From Eukaryota sp. TZLM1-RC (lineage: Eukaryota > Protista > Metamonada: BaSk clade), in contig JAUPSS010000004.1 in assembly GCA_040285825.1 (NCBI GenBank), positions 2,398,550 through 2,462,549 of the forward strand: a stretch of DNA of 64,000 nt, written 5' to 3'. A model generated the notes under the pieces. The model worked only from the letters and a program-made list of their open reading frames with translations. It was not told the origin of the DNA and made no database searches. Numbering within the stretch: the stretch's first letter is position 1; each line of letters begins with the position of its first letter. Shown here piece after piece: positions 26,096 to 37,565 of this stretch. Both the position numbers and the translations under genes were made by a program.

Positions 26096-26679
26096 ATTGA
26101 ATTCTTTTTTCTTGTTTTTTTAAATATTTAAACTGATTGGAATTTAATTCAATATTGATTTTTTTTTCAATTTATTCGATTTTTACCACCTCAATAAGTG
26201 GGATTTCCAGTTGAATAGTAACAATCCTTGTTTTTCTGTTTTTTTGCAACTATCCTAAAAGCGAGGAATTCTTTAAATTTGTGTTTTGAAATTGTCAATT
26301 AGTACTAGAACTAGCTTAAGAAATTAGTTCATTTGAAACAACAACTTTCTTTTTTTGTTCTTTAAATAGATTTCTTTTTTTTCCTTGTTAAATTTTTTTC
26401 TTTGTTTAAAACAAGTTTATTTAAATTTTTTTAATTTTGGCTTTTTTTTCAATAAGAAATGATAATTGTTTTTATTATCATTTAGAATGAATCATCTTTT
26501 ATAAAATATTTCCAATGTTCGACCTTTTATTACACTAATACAAAATTGTTTTCTTAAACAGTATGTGACACGTATTAATTGTAACTTTTCTTGTTGAATC
26601 TACAGATGATAATGGAGCGAATTTTGGAACAACTTCAAACTTTTTTTCCGAAATTATTGATTTTGAAGCGCAACCAAAA

Positions 26680-27460
26680 AACTAAACAAAAACTAGAACT
26701 CAATTTCCTCAATACAGGCATCAACATCATCAAATCTCTTGAGTGTTTAATTTTCATAATCTATTCCTAATTGTAGCAGTGCTTTGGCTATCATTTCGGG
26801 AATGCTGTATACTAAAAACAATTCTATTGTGCCAGAAATTGAAGTTTAACTCTTTTCCTGCTCTTTCCTTTATTAAACTTCTGAAACCTTCGAGAAAGTT
26901 AATGCAGATATTCCAATGTTGCCAAAAAGAGAAACACCAAATGGAACCAGCTGATACTTTACATGCTCAACACGACCTAGCTGAAATAAGCGTTCATTGT
27001 ACTTTTTGATTTTGCTCTTTTCAGCAAAGCACAGTAGATTTTCACCTTTTTTTAGCAAAATCAATTGCTGATTTTTTACAAACATCAACATCAACAACAT
27101 TGATCACACCATCAGACCGAGGAGTAATAAATTGGAGAGGAAAGTTGATTTCGAATTTTATCAAAATTGCCTAAATAACAACCTAAAAACGAAATCCTGA
27201 TTCAAAATAGTTGATGAAAGGAACAATTTGATCACCAATAACAAGTTCAGCAGGCTCTCTACCAATCAACAAACATTTGGAATTATTTAAAGAAGAAACA
27301 ATTTGATGATAGCGCTGTTGAACAATTCTAGCAAACCTTTCCAAATGAATCAATTGGACCAATTATTGAAATGTCATCCATATAAGCAGTAATATGAATA
27401 TCTGAAACTTCTTGTTCTAATTCACTCATTAGAGGATGAACAGCAAGTCAGAAAAAAAAT
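26680..27460 (-). mobile_element. Decayed CRE-like fragments (RT and RLE parts)
   Basis: TAYMDD at ~27375; LGRVEHVKYQLVPFGVSLFGNIG..FWHNRIVF. Confidence 0.75.
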
Positions 27461-27619
27461 ACCTAATAAAAAACATCTTAAATTCTTCTTTCTGAGAATT
27501 TGTTATTCAGGGAAATTTACTCATATCCTACGATCAACCTCGCCATCTATGTCTCAAAAAAATTCGAAAGCAATTCAGTTGACGACAAAAGTTGCAAAAA
27601 AAACAAAGAAAATACTAAA

Positions 27620-28025
27620 TTTTGAGGATCTTCGTGAATTTAATGCGGAAGATAAACGTAAATGTTATGGGGAGGACAATGAAGAAGCTGATGCATTGAA
27701 AGCGACAACTGGTTTTTATTGTTGTCTTAGTTTTGAAAATGAGGGACCATCAGTAGAAGCAGGAGATCTTTTGAATTATTTTCAGGAAATGGTCCAAGAA
27801 AAAACATTGAATAGATTTAACATCTCGCTATGGAATCCTTGAATTCAGTGCGCTGCAATTGGTAAAATTGCCACGGTGGTTCCATCGAATTAGAGAAATT
27901 GTTGTGAGGAAGGAAGAACATCCATTGTGCGAAATTTATGTCACCAAAACCAAATTGTGTTGATTGTTGAAAGATCAGCAAATAATTCAAAAATAAAAAT
28001 CAATTAAAAAATCATTCCAAAAAAA
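27620..28025 (+). mobile_element. Diverged 3' fragment of the 22-24.6 kb CRE family
   Basis: EDKRKCYGEDNEEADA..LNYFQEMVQEKTLNRFNI aligns with the end of ORF 23573-24529; A-rich tail. Confidence 0.7.
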
Positions 28026-28466
28026 TCAATACTTTTGTTTAATTGAACCACTATCATCAATAGAACCAAGAAAAGATGATAATAACAAAAAGTTTCCATG
28101 TACACGTTCATGAATCAAACTCTTAAACAAATCGGAGTTTTTTTTGGATATACACACTTTTGGCCTGCACAAAGTTTGACCCTCATACTTTCTCCCACCT
28201 CTTTTTCCAGCTCTTGTTGTTTTTCTATTCAATCAGTAAATCAAATGGTAACATTTTTTGTATATTTCGGGAGTTCTATAAATACTAACATTCCAAGTTT
28301 TGACATCAACATGAATCAAAATTGCTTGATGTAAATGAATAGTTTCTTGCTGGTTTTGTTGTTCTTTTCGTCCACGATTTCTTTCTTCATTATCTGTTTT
28401 GTATTTGGTCTGCACATTTCAGTAATAAACATTACTCTTGACTCTATTGCGTCTAAAATTCAATTA

Positions 28467-30104
28467 ATGTCTTTCTTGGAACTCCAAAATAGTTCCTTAA
28501 CTTCATTAGAGGACATCAAGCCAAGCTCTGATGTTACCTCCATCAACCTCTCCTTCAACAATTTGGAATCCCTCTCTGGTATCGATAAATTTCCCAATCT
28601 TGAACACCTCAACTTGTCTCACAATGATTCCCTCATTGACCTTACTCCTCTGTCTACCTGCAAGAACCTGACAGGTCTGACCTTCAGTCGTAACAACCTT
28701 CCTTCTCTTACTTCTCTCCTTCCTTTGTCTTGCCTTAATCTCACATCTCTAGTGCTTTTCCCTAGTGATTTAGCCTCCACAAAGCCTTCTAAATTGTACT
28801 ATTACTACCTACTATCAATAATGCCTTCTCTTCAACAAATTGATGCTAGACCTATCTCATCGGATATGGTGGTTACTGCTAGAAATTACTTTACCACTTC
28901 AGAAGCCAAAGAATTGGTCAAGAAATACCATCTAAAGTTTGAATTCAATCACACCAACATTAGCGCAGCCTCACACGATGTGGACTCAACATTGAACCAA
29001 CCCTTGGAAGTAGGAGAGGTGGTGGGTGGAGTGGATGTGAGGACGAATAAAGGCTTTGTGTGTTGCTCAAAGGAAACTTCCCTAATCAGGAACAGTTTGA
29101 TTGCTAATCAAACCCCCACTGTCCCTTTTAATCAATTAACGTATGATGATGTGATTGATACAGTAAAAAGCTCACCATTAGTCACTAAGTCCATTCCAAG
29201 AAATTCCAATCAAATTAGCAATGCCAAACCACCAAAGTCGACCAATTCCACAACCAATACTATCAGCTATGAAATACCGTATAACTCAAAGTCAAACGCT
29301 GTCACGATCTTTTCAGATGGTACTGGAATAGGGAAAAGAAGAAGGAAAGGAGGATCGACAGCTGTTGACGTCAGCAGGCAAGGTGATTGTGATTGGTCAA
29401 TGAAAGTTTTTTATTCAAACTCAGTCCTGGCGATTCTTGTAAATTCTGATAGTTTCTTGATTCAAAATTTTGATGGGGACGTAGTGGCTAACTTGAAAAC
29501 CCAGAATCCTTTTATTTCTAAATTAAAACCATTTCAGTATTGTAATTTTTTCAAAGTTTCAGATGAAATTGGGATTATCTTCAATTATCCAAAATTCAAT
29601 TCGCTTTTACAATCTAACTTGGAGTATTTTGATATTCCAATCAATTATGATTGTGTGGTTTTGTTTCAGCCTCAGCAAGATGTGATTTTTTATTTTGTTT
29701 GTGGCGATTTACTTGAGTTTCAGCAATTTTCTGATGGTCCTACGTTACCAATTAAGGAAAAAGCTGTTGTAACCAATCCATCATATTCTGATGGTTTCAA
29801 CTTTGGTCAATCAATTTCTGATGTTATTTCTGGTCTTGATGAGGCTCAATCTGGAATAACTAAGCGACTTGAAGCTGTTACTCATTCTACCAAACCTAGA
29901 CCTGTAGTTAACCCCATCGACAATCAATCAGTCAATCAAAATGACACAATTGATCAAAATGATGTTGTTGTTTCCGAAAAAGAGAGTGAACTATCACGTC
30001 AGCAGCTCAAAATGAAGCAGGAAAATCAAAGACTTCAAGAAGATCGAGCAATGTTGGCTGATTTTAGGAAACAATTGAAACTTATTACCGACTCTTTACC
30101 TTGA
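28467..30104 (+). CDS. Leucine-rich repeat protein with C-terminal coiled coil
   Basis: INLSFNNLESLSGI, LEHLNLSHN, LRR cap Y..YLLSIMPSLQQID; likely start MSFLEL at 28467. Confidence 0.8.
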   Translation: MSFLELQNSSLTSLEDIKPSSDVTSINLSFNNLESLSGIDKFPNLEHLNLSHNDSLIDLTPLSTCKNLTGLTFSRNNLPSLTSLLPLSCLNLTSLVLFPSDLASTKPSKLYYYYLLSIMPSLQQIDARPISSDMVVTARNYFTTSEAKELVKKYHLKFEFNHTNISAASHDVDSTLNQPLEVGEVVGGVDVRTNKGFVCCSKETSLIRNSLIANQTPTVPFNQLTYDDVIDTVKSSPLVTKSIPRNSNQISNAKPPKSTNSTTNTISYEIPYNSKSNAVTIFSDGTGIGKRRRKGGSTAVDVSRQGDCDWSMKVFYSNSVLAILVNSDSFLIQNFDGDVVANLKTQNPFISKLKPFQYCNFFKVSDEIGIIFNYPKFNSLLQSNLEYFDIPINYDCVVLFQPQQDVIFYFVCGDLLEFQQFSDGPTLPIKEKAVVTNPSYSDGFNFGQSISDVISGLDEAQSGITKRLEAVTHSTKPRPVVNPIDNQSVNQNDTIDQNDVVVSEKESELSRQQLKMKQENQRLQEDRAMLADFRKQLKLITDSLP

Positions 30105-30290
30105 TTCTTGTTATTAATTTAGGTTTGATTTAATTGTTTTTTTAAAGAATTTTGTGGATCTGAAATCTGTCCTGTTGAGCAGATTCTTCATGAAAATTTG
30201 TGTCAAATTTTTAATAACATTGCTCAGATTAATTTATTATTAATTGATTAATTCTAATTTTGAGTATTATTATTTTTCACACTATAACCA

Positions 30291-30480
30291 GTGAATGTTA
30301 TGGATAGGGACAGTGCTCTAAACATGTACAAGATTACGTACTCTCATATTTATGATAATTGTAGACCAATGCTACTGCAACGATCAGTGAGTGTGGGAAA
30401 GAAAGTTTAGATTATTGGAATTAGACTGATTGATATGGATAAAAACATGTATAATTTGAGTACTAGTGAATGTTGTAAAT
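30291..30480 (+). mobile_element. Short Fanzor 3'-end relic
   Basis: Translates MDRDSALNMYKITYSHIYDNCRPMLLQR..* (RuvC-III RD..A.N plus RP tail), stop at 30410. Confidence 0.5.
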
Positions 30481-30611
30481 ATTTCTTTTGTTTACTTTGC
30501 ATTATTTTATTGAATAGCAAATCCAATTGCCAATTAACTCTCAAAATCAATAATTTGACTATAAACAATATAAAAAATTGTCCAATTTTAAAATGATTTT
30601 CATTAATAATT

Positions 30612-31397
30612 TTACTGACGATAATACATAAATACCAAATAAACAGCTAATAACAACACAAATAACAACAAACAACAAATCTTGCCCCTAGACCTTCGCT
30701 GGCGGTTAGAAGCTCTTTCCAAATGAGAAGTGGCACTAGAGGTTTGTTGTTCGGTAAGCTCGATATGAGCATCAATGGAATCAACCATCTCTTCCTGCTC
30801 CTTCACTAACATCGCCATGTCCCTCATCATGCTATTGACTGTCGTGAGATCCTTGGTGATGCTTGCAACGTCTCTCTCTGTTTCCTTGATAAGAGCTTCG
30901 TTGTGCTGGACTTGAGATTGCATAAATTCACGCTCATCCCGCTGAGCTTCCATTAAAGCTGTTCTTTCATCTTGCTTGGTGGAGGATGAGCTAACAGGAT
31001 TAAGAACCACGCGTGCAGTGGCCTTGGTCCATTCGGTGTGGGTTTTGTTGAAACGTTGTTGAACGGTGTGCAGGGAACTTAAAAGTCTCTTTCTCTCGAC
31101 GTTACGTTTTGATTCTTCCTCCGGTGTACTGGCTTGGAGTTTGGAGAAGGAAGTCATTAACTTTGTCAAAGTGTTGATATCATCGAGGGTTTTGCGGGCC
31201 AGAGCTGCAGCCTTCTGTCGAAACTCAATTGTGTCTTTTGGGGATCCAACTTGCTGAAGAAATTGTTCATAACGATTGGTGTTGGAAGTTATTTGTTGAA
31301 GTTGATGAGAAATGGATGAATGAAGACTCATATATTCAGTGTCACCATTGCGAGGTTGCGGAGGCCGACTAGAGAAATCATCATCCGCGAAACTCAT
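30612..31397 (-). CDS. Qa-SNARE syntaxin (STX7/Pep12/SYP2-type)
   Basis: VGSPKDTIEFR Habc domain; SNARE motif MRDMAMLVKEQEEMVDSIDAHIE; C-terminal CC plus TM helix. Confidence 0.9.
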   Translation of the reverse strand: MSFADDDFSSRPPQPRNGDTEYMSLHSSISHQLQQITSNTNRYEQFLQQVGSPKDTIEFRQKAAALARKTLDDINTLTKLMTSFSKLQASTPEEESKRNVERKRLLSSLHTVQQRFNKTHTEWTKATARVVLNPVSSSSTKQDERTALMEAQRDEREFMQSQVQHNEALIKETERDVASITKDLTTVNSMMRDMAMLVKEQEEMVDSIDAHIELTEQQTSSATSHLERASNRQRRSRGKICCLLLFVLLLAVYLVFMYYRQ

Positions 31398-31899
31398 TGA
31401 TCAACGGAGTTGAGTGGAGGTAAGAAATTGGATTTTCATTATTTGGATCATACCTGGAAAATACACAGACTTTGCTGAGAAAAATACAAAAAACACAATT
31501 TAGAGACAAGCGATGCATCATATAATTACCAGCAATCAAATAATAAATTTCAATAATAAATTACAAGACAACTTACTCAACTTATTGTAGAAACACCCCA
31601 AAAACTACAAAACAAACAAACAACTATCAAACATGAGTGGGTGTGTACTCCCTTCATTGATTTGAAAAGACAATCAATTTGTTACAACAGTTGAAGAATT
31701 GCTTTTCTTTCTTCACTTCTGTAATGCCTCCGGAGAAATACAACATTCTACTATATCAAATGACTGAAAATCTGTGAAACTACTGTCTGTAGTCCAATTT
31801 TGTACAATATTCAATTCATTCAAGTCACCACTATTATTAATAAAATTTGATTCAGATAGAGACAAATATCAGATAACATTTTAAAAAAACAAAAACTTA

Positions 31900-32242
31900 C
31901 TACTGTCGACGACCCCTGGTCTTTGGAACTTCCTTCACAGCTTTGATTTTCCTTTTTGTCTGTTTTTCCTCTTCTTCCTCTTCCTCTTCCTCTTCTTCCT
32001 CTTCCTGATACTCTGGTTCCTCCTCGTGTTCCTCCTCAGAACTCTCTTCCTCCACTTCAACGTAATCTTCATCTTCTTCACTTTCTACCACTGCAGCCTG
32101 CGGTTTGGGTACTTCTCGAGTTACTTCTCCTTTTGTGACGTGCTGTGATTCATCCTCTTGATCTACAGTAAGCAAATATGTGAAATACGCAACCTTCTGT
32201 GGCTTTTCTTTTGAGTTCAGGCTCCTTACTTTGGGATGACAT
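31900..32242 (-). CDS. Small acidic (poly-E) protein with basic tail (intron 32163-32193)
   Basis: MSSQSKEPELKRKATE exon splices in frame via a 31-nt GT..AG intron to DQEDES..EEEE..KRK. Confidence 0.7.
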
Positions 32243-32377
32243 TAAAACGAAAGAAATAGGGAGATATGGTTGGTAGTTAGTTGATAGGATATCTATTTGG
32301 GATATGTTTTCCGGTATCTTCTAGCCTATAAATTGAACTTATTGAATAGTTTTTCTTATTAAATTACTTTGCATTGA

Positions 32378-32563
32378 ATGACTCCTCAACCAAACAAGGA
32401 AAAGTTCAGAGAAAAATCCATGAAGGCTCAGCACAAAGCACAAGAAGCAACTGAAAAAGCACAGCATAAGACAGAAGAACAGAAGCTAAAGGCACAGCAC
32501 AAGGCACAGGAAAAACAACATGAAATGGAGCATAAGAGGGAGAGACACTCTTCTAAGAAGTAG
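32378..32563 (+). CDS. Small hydrophilic 11-mer repeat protein (LEA/hydrophilin-like)
   Basis: KAQHKAQEATE-KAQHKTEEQKL-KAQHKAQEKQH; TATAAA about 50 nt upstream. Confidence 0.6.
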   Translation: MTPQPNKEKFREKSMKAQHKAQEATEKAQHKTEEQKLKAQHKAQEKQHEMEHKRERHSSKK

Positions 32564-33074
32564 CTAGCCAAATAGGTTGTTGGAGAAATTGTGTATAAAG
32601 ATCCTTCGCAAAGGAACAATCACTTAAACAAACAACACATACAAATCAACTGCATTACAAACAACATGTCGACTGCTACATGAAGTTAAGCATGTCGGAA
32701 TGTAGTAGGTGGATCCACTGAAGATTAGATTGTGATTGAGATAAACAAAGTTCATTTGTTTTTCAAACAAAAAACACTCACAGGTTTTGTGAACCACATC
32801 ATTTGTGATCAAAGTCCAAATACGGACAATAATTTTTTAAAGGTAAGGAATTTGAGTTAGCTTAGAATGAGGTCGATTTGAGGAGATGTGAGGACAACAG
32901 ATTTGTTTATAAGCTGGAAACCATATAAGTTATAACTGTTGTCATTTCAACAATTTTGGAAACACTTGGAACCCCCATCGCTACATTTTAATCATTTGAG
33001 TTTTGTATTCAACAAACATTTTGTGTTTGATACATAAAAATTTAGAACTTTTATTACAATGTAAAAAATACAGA

Positions 33075-33641
<567 letters not shown>

Positions 33642-34300
33642 TCATTGCGGGATGAAGTTTTTTACATCTTGTTATTTGTGAAAACTTACTTCAAATGTCT
33701 GCAATCCTATGGCTATAAGCCTTTGCTCATGCATTAAGAATCAAACAAGCAGAGCTGTTGCAAAACGTTAATTTTTGGTATTTTGACTGTGAATGTATGC
33801 TCTAGTTACTTGAAATTTCAGGCCAATAACTATAAACTTGTTCTTTAAAAGGTGAGGCAACCACAAGAGAACTATTGGAGAACATACACACCAACACAAT
33901 TGCTTAAAGATTCATTGAAGGGTTAACTAAAAGAATCTTGATTTTGGATATCAATCGGTACTAAAAACGCTCTCCAAGAAGAGAAGCGGTACAAAATATA
34001 GAAATAATGTTGAATGAATAAAAAGGTATCTGACTTACACAATCAGTTCAGATGCTGTTTCAATCCGCTTCACATTTTCCTTTGCCCCGAAAAAAAAATA
34101 AAAATCGCCGGACAGCCAGAGAATTGGCAACCACCATAGCCAGTGGTGAACTCGATATACCTGCAAAGAGTCGGAAGCGAAACTCTAGACTTCAACAACA
34201 GGTCCGTCCTAGGCAACGTCGAAGAACTGACGACGCCTATGAGCCTCCGCCAGTTGATCCAATTGAATATTCATTTTGTGCAATTGATCCTAATCACAAA

Positions 34301-34878
34301 TTTTTTTTTAAAAAAACTGGAATATTTATTGAGATAAAAATAACCATCTAGAATTCAATATCCTCCAAACAAGCGTCACTGTTACTGAACCTACTCACAG
34401 CATTACGTTCATATTCTACACCAATAGCTAAAAGTGCCTTTGAAATCATTGTTGGAATAGACTTGAAAATGCAAAAAACAATTCTATTTAACCAGAAAGA
34501 GGAGTTCATTGTTTTACCAGACCTATTCAGTAACACTTTTTTAAAATTTTCCAAAAAGGGCAACCCTGAAGGTACAATATTGCCAAAAAGAGAAATGGCA
34601 AACGGCACAAACTGATATTTCACATGTTCCACTCTACCTAACTGTGCCAAAGGTTCTTCATATTTTTTTATCTTTTTTTTTCGGCGTTAGATAACGGCGA
34701 ATCAGCGGAATACACTAAACGAGCAGCAGAATTTTTGCAAACATCAACTGAGACAACATCTACAACATTGAGAACACCATCGATCCCTGGAGCTACTAAA
34801 TCTGCCCTTCTTTTACCAAAGGAATCATCAGTTTGATCTGAAGACAGCTTACGTACTAGTGGCTCAATAAATGCCTCT
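34301..34878 (-). mobile_element. 5'-truncated CRE-like retrotransposon with 8-bp TSD, inserted in the Fanzor ORF
   Basis: IEPL..RRADLVAPG..VDV (RLE), FVPFAISLFG; T-run at 34301 is the minus-strand poly(A); ATCACAAA at 34293-34300 and 34879-34886. Confidence 0.9.
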
Positions 34879-35594
34879 ATCACAAAAATTTGTGTGGTTA
34901 TTCAATTGGATCAAGAATTGATAATAACAATGTTGATCATCAACTTTCGGGCCTTGTTCTGAATCCAAAGGCAAGGAAGATCATTCACCCACCGGTCCTG
35001 ACCCATGCATCACCAAATTGCTATTTTGCTAAGAATTTACACAAATATCTTAATGAAATAGCAATGCCTTTGATGTGGGTACCGACACAGCAAGAAATCA
35101 GCAATCCCGACTTCCGTCCGAGAACTATAATAGACCAACTGCTGATAAATGGAGATCGCCGAGCCCTGCGCCGCAACAAGTTTGATTTTTTTATAAGAAA
35201 GCAAAAAATAATAATGGGATTTATTGAAAACATTAAACTAATGGCTAATGGAAGAGAAACCATAATTTGGTTTGGCAGTGGAGGTGATGGTCCATCAAGA
35301 CAAGCTGTAAAAACCCCAAGGAAGCGCTTTTTGAAGGAGATTCAGAAACATTTTACATTTGTGAAGCCTAATGGAGATGAATTCTACACATCTGCCAAAA
35401 CGAATTGCTGTAAGGTGTTCAATCAAAAGTTGTATCACGATGATGGGAGGGTGAACAATGATAAGTTTGTATGCCCTCAATGTCAGACACTCTGGTCGAG
35501 GGACATCTCGGCTTCCAGAAACCAACTGGAGATTGCCATAAGTGAGCACTACCACAATGAAAGACCTGAGGCGTTCCGGAGACCCCATAGATAA

Positions 35595-35756
35595 GTGTCA
35601 TTCCATGTATTGCGTACCTGTACGCGTATTGTGATGTTGCTGCTTTAACTATCATTTGATCGTGATATCATATAGTGATAGAACTAAAGTAAGCTTAACG
35701 TCTATCAGGATTGCATGAATTGGTCAAATGCCAGAAGTGTGTTTTGACAGAAATTC
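35595..35756 (+). ncRNA. Putative Fanzor omegaRNA scaffold (family A)
   Basis: Non-coding block after the stop, conserved at 50062-50226 and 41229-41385; stems GCGTA/TACGC, TGATAGA/TCTATCA, GTCAAA/TTTGAC, GAATT/AATTC. Confidence 0.7.
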
Positions 35757-36837
35757 CAGCGTGGCATCTTTTTGCTTTCGCGAATGAAAAAAACGCATTA
35801 TTTTTGTTGATTTTGAGGACCATTTCTTAAAAGCAAATTCTCATTACTCCAATACCACCTTATCTTTCCTTCTCCTCTTCTGTCATGCCTCGCAAACGAG
35901 ACATCGCTTGGGATTACGTCATAGAACTTTCCTGTGATGACTCTGACCCAGATTGTACAATAAATCTTGATTCGCCCGAAGTTATTCCTATTGAAAAAAA
36001 ATTATACACACCAATGTGTTTATTGCTCCTTGAAGTACACTCCAGGTTCCGCTACGCGCATCAAAGACCATATTTTGGGAGTTCCACCAGGAGAGAGAAG
36101 CAACATCTCTGTTTGCATGGAGGCTCCCCGAAAAACAATAATGAAACTTTTAAATACTCAGCTTGACGCACTATCTCCTTCTGCAAAAAACGGCTCTCTT
36201 TCATATCTGAAGGTGCTCCTATCAAGAAAAAACCATTAAATACATTTATTTCTAATGGGAAATTGAAAGCCAAGTTTTTTAATCACACAAGTTTTGGAAG
36301 GCCCTTAGCATTAGCAGGAGGAGAGAAAGAAAATTTTAATGCTATGATCTGGTGGCAGCAGTATGGTTATGACGCACCTGAGCTTCAAAAATTGGCATTA
36401 CAAGTGGTATCCCAATTTGTGTCTGCTTCTGCAGTTGAGAGATTGTGGAGTCTACATGATTGGATTCATTCTAAGCGTAGAAATAGACTCACTGAAGAGC
36501 GTGTAAACAATTTAATAGCAGTGTATGATTTCCTGGCAAGTTGTCGTCAAGAAAAAGATTCTGAAGAAGACAACAAGACGGAAGATTGTATCGAAATATT
36601 GAATGTTTGCTGTGAGCTGTTAGAAGAAGAAGATTGAGAGTCCTAGTTTCTAAGGCAATGAACTGATCTATTGTTGGTGTTTTAGTTTTACAATAAATTA
36701 TAGTTACAATGTGTTTATTTGTTACATATAGTATAGAATTTCATCCAAATTAGAATATTCATTTGAAAAAAACGCAGCCCTGACGAAAAAACGCGTTTTA
36801 TTCAAAAAAACGCATTTTCATTGGGGGTGCAACTCTG
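35757..36837 (+). mobile_element. Non-autonomous hAT transposon (internal deletion: BED finger and dimerisation domain only)
   Basis: Imperfect TIRs CAGCGTGGCATC / GGTGCAACTCTG; perfect 8-bp TSD AGAAATTC (35749-35756, 36838-36845); AW.Y..CVYC..RIKDHI; WW..YG..PELQKLA..SASAVERLWS..HSKRRNRL; subterminal AAAAAACGC repeats. Confidence 0.93.
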
Positions 36838-36850
36838 AGAAATTCACAGT

Positions 36851-36913
36851 ACTCAAAAACTCAGTCCCTCTTCATCGGTTGCAAAAAGGACACCTATTTC
36901 ATTGTTATAGACA
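36851..36913 (+). repeat. Isolated Fanzor family-B-like right end
   Basis: CAAAAACTCAGTCCCTCT.CATC.GT...TATTTCATTGTTATAGACA shared with 686-733 (minus). Confidence 0.7.
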
Positions 36914-36926
36914 TCATCTGTAACAA

Positions 36927-37565
36927 ATGGTCAGCTTAACCGATGATGCGTTGCGCATCTTAGGATATGATCCGCCAAAAAAACCACCTGTTGCTTTGGC
37001 CACTCGCTCACTCAAGGCTTCTTCTTCTTCGGTTTTCCGTCTTTCTACGAAGCTATCTAAACGCTTAGAAGACACCAAGAGGTCCACGCTCGACTATCTT
37101 TCTTCCAGTTCCTGTCCATCTTTCTCTACACCAGTTCATGCTAGCTTCATCAATCCTGACATGTCTTCACCTTTTAGCTCTGAATCTGAGTCTCCAGAAC
37201 TCCCGATTCCTTCTGGAGCAATCCCTTCCAAGAACACGCTTTACTCTTCCACTCAGATGTCTCCCATTGACAGGTCAATATATCCTCAGCATTCGTATCA
37301 TTCCCTTGTGTCCTCTTCCTCCGACGAAGAAGATCTCATTAGCTCTTTTCATAAGACCAATCGTGTTAAAAACACTGAGACAGACGCTAACAAGAATTCT
37401 GACACCATGTCTCTCTTTGCCGACACATCCACTTCATCACTCCCTTCTTCCATTCAGAGATATAGAGCGATCAAGTCCAAACAGCTGAATCGGTCTTTTG
37501 ATTTTTCTGAGGGTTCAAGTTTTGGAACTTTGGACTTTAGTTTTAGGAGCGTAGGTTCTGACTAG
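36927..37565 (+). CDS. Hypothetical Ser-rich protein
   Basis: 212-aa intact ORF with host-like composition; no family recognised. Confidence 0.7.
   Translation: MVSLTDDALRILGYDPPKKPPVALATRSLKASSSSVFRLSTKLSKRLEDTKRSTLDYLSSSSCPSFSTPVHASFINPDMSSPFSSESESPELPIPSGAIPSKNTLYSSTQMSPIDRSIYPQHSYHSLVSSSSDEEDLISSFHKTNRVKNTETDANKNSDTMSLFADTSTSSLPSSIQRYRAIKSKQLNRSFDFSEGSSFGTLDFSFRSVGSD

Larger units (their letters stand above)
34036..36848 (+). mobile_element. Fanzor family A element (5'-truncated/frameshifted), interrupted by CRE and hAT insertions
   Basis: TISSDAVSIRF (TDGVS-like), FCAIDPNHK|NLCG (RuvC-I), IWFG, DEFYTS (RuvC-II), CC..CPQC, WSRDISASRN (RuvC-III), RPEAFRR; conserved 3' non-coding end GAAATTCACA. 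Confidence 0.88.

Noticed and set aside
34052-34351. 99-aa Arg-rich ORF as a standalone gene
   Set aside because: It is the part of the Fanzor A ORF upstream of the retrotransposon insertion
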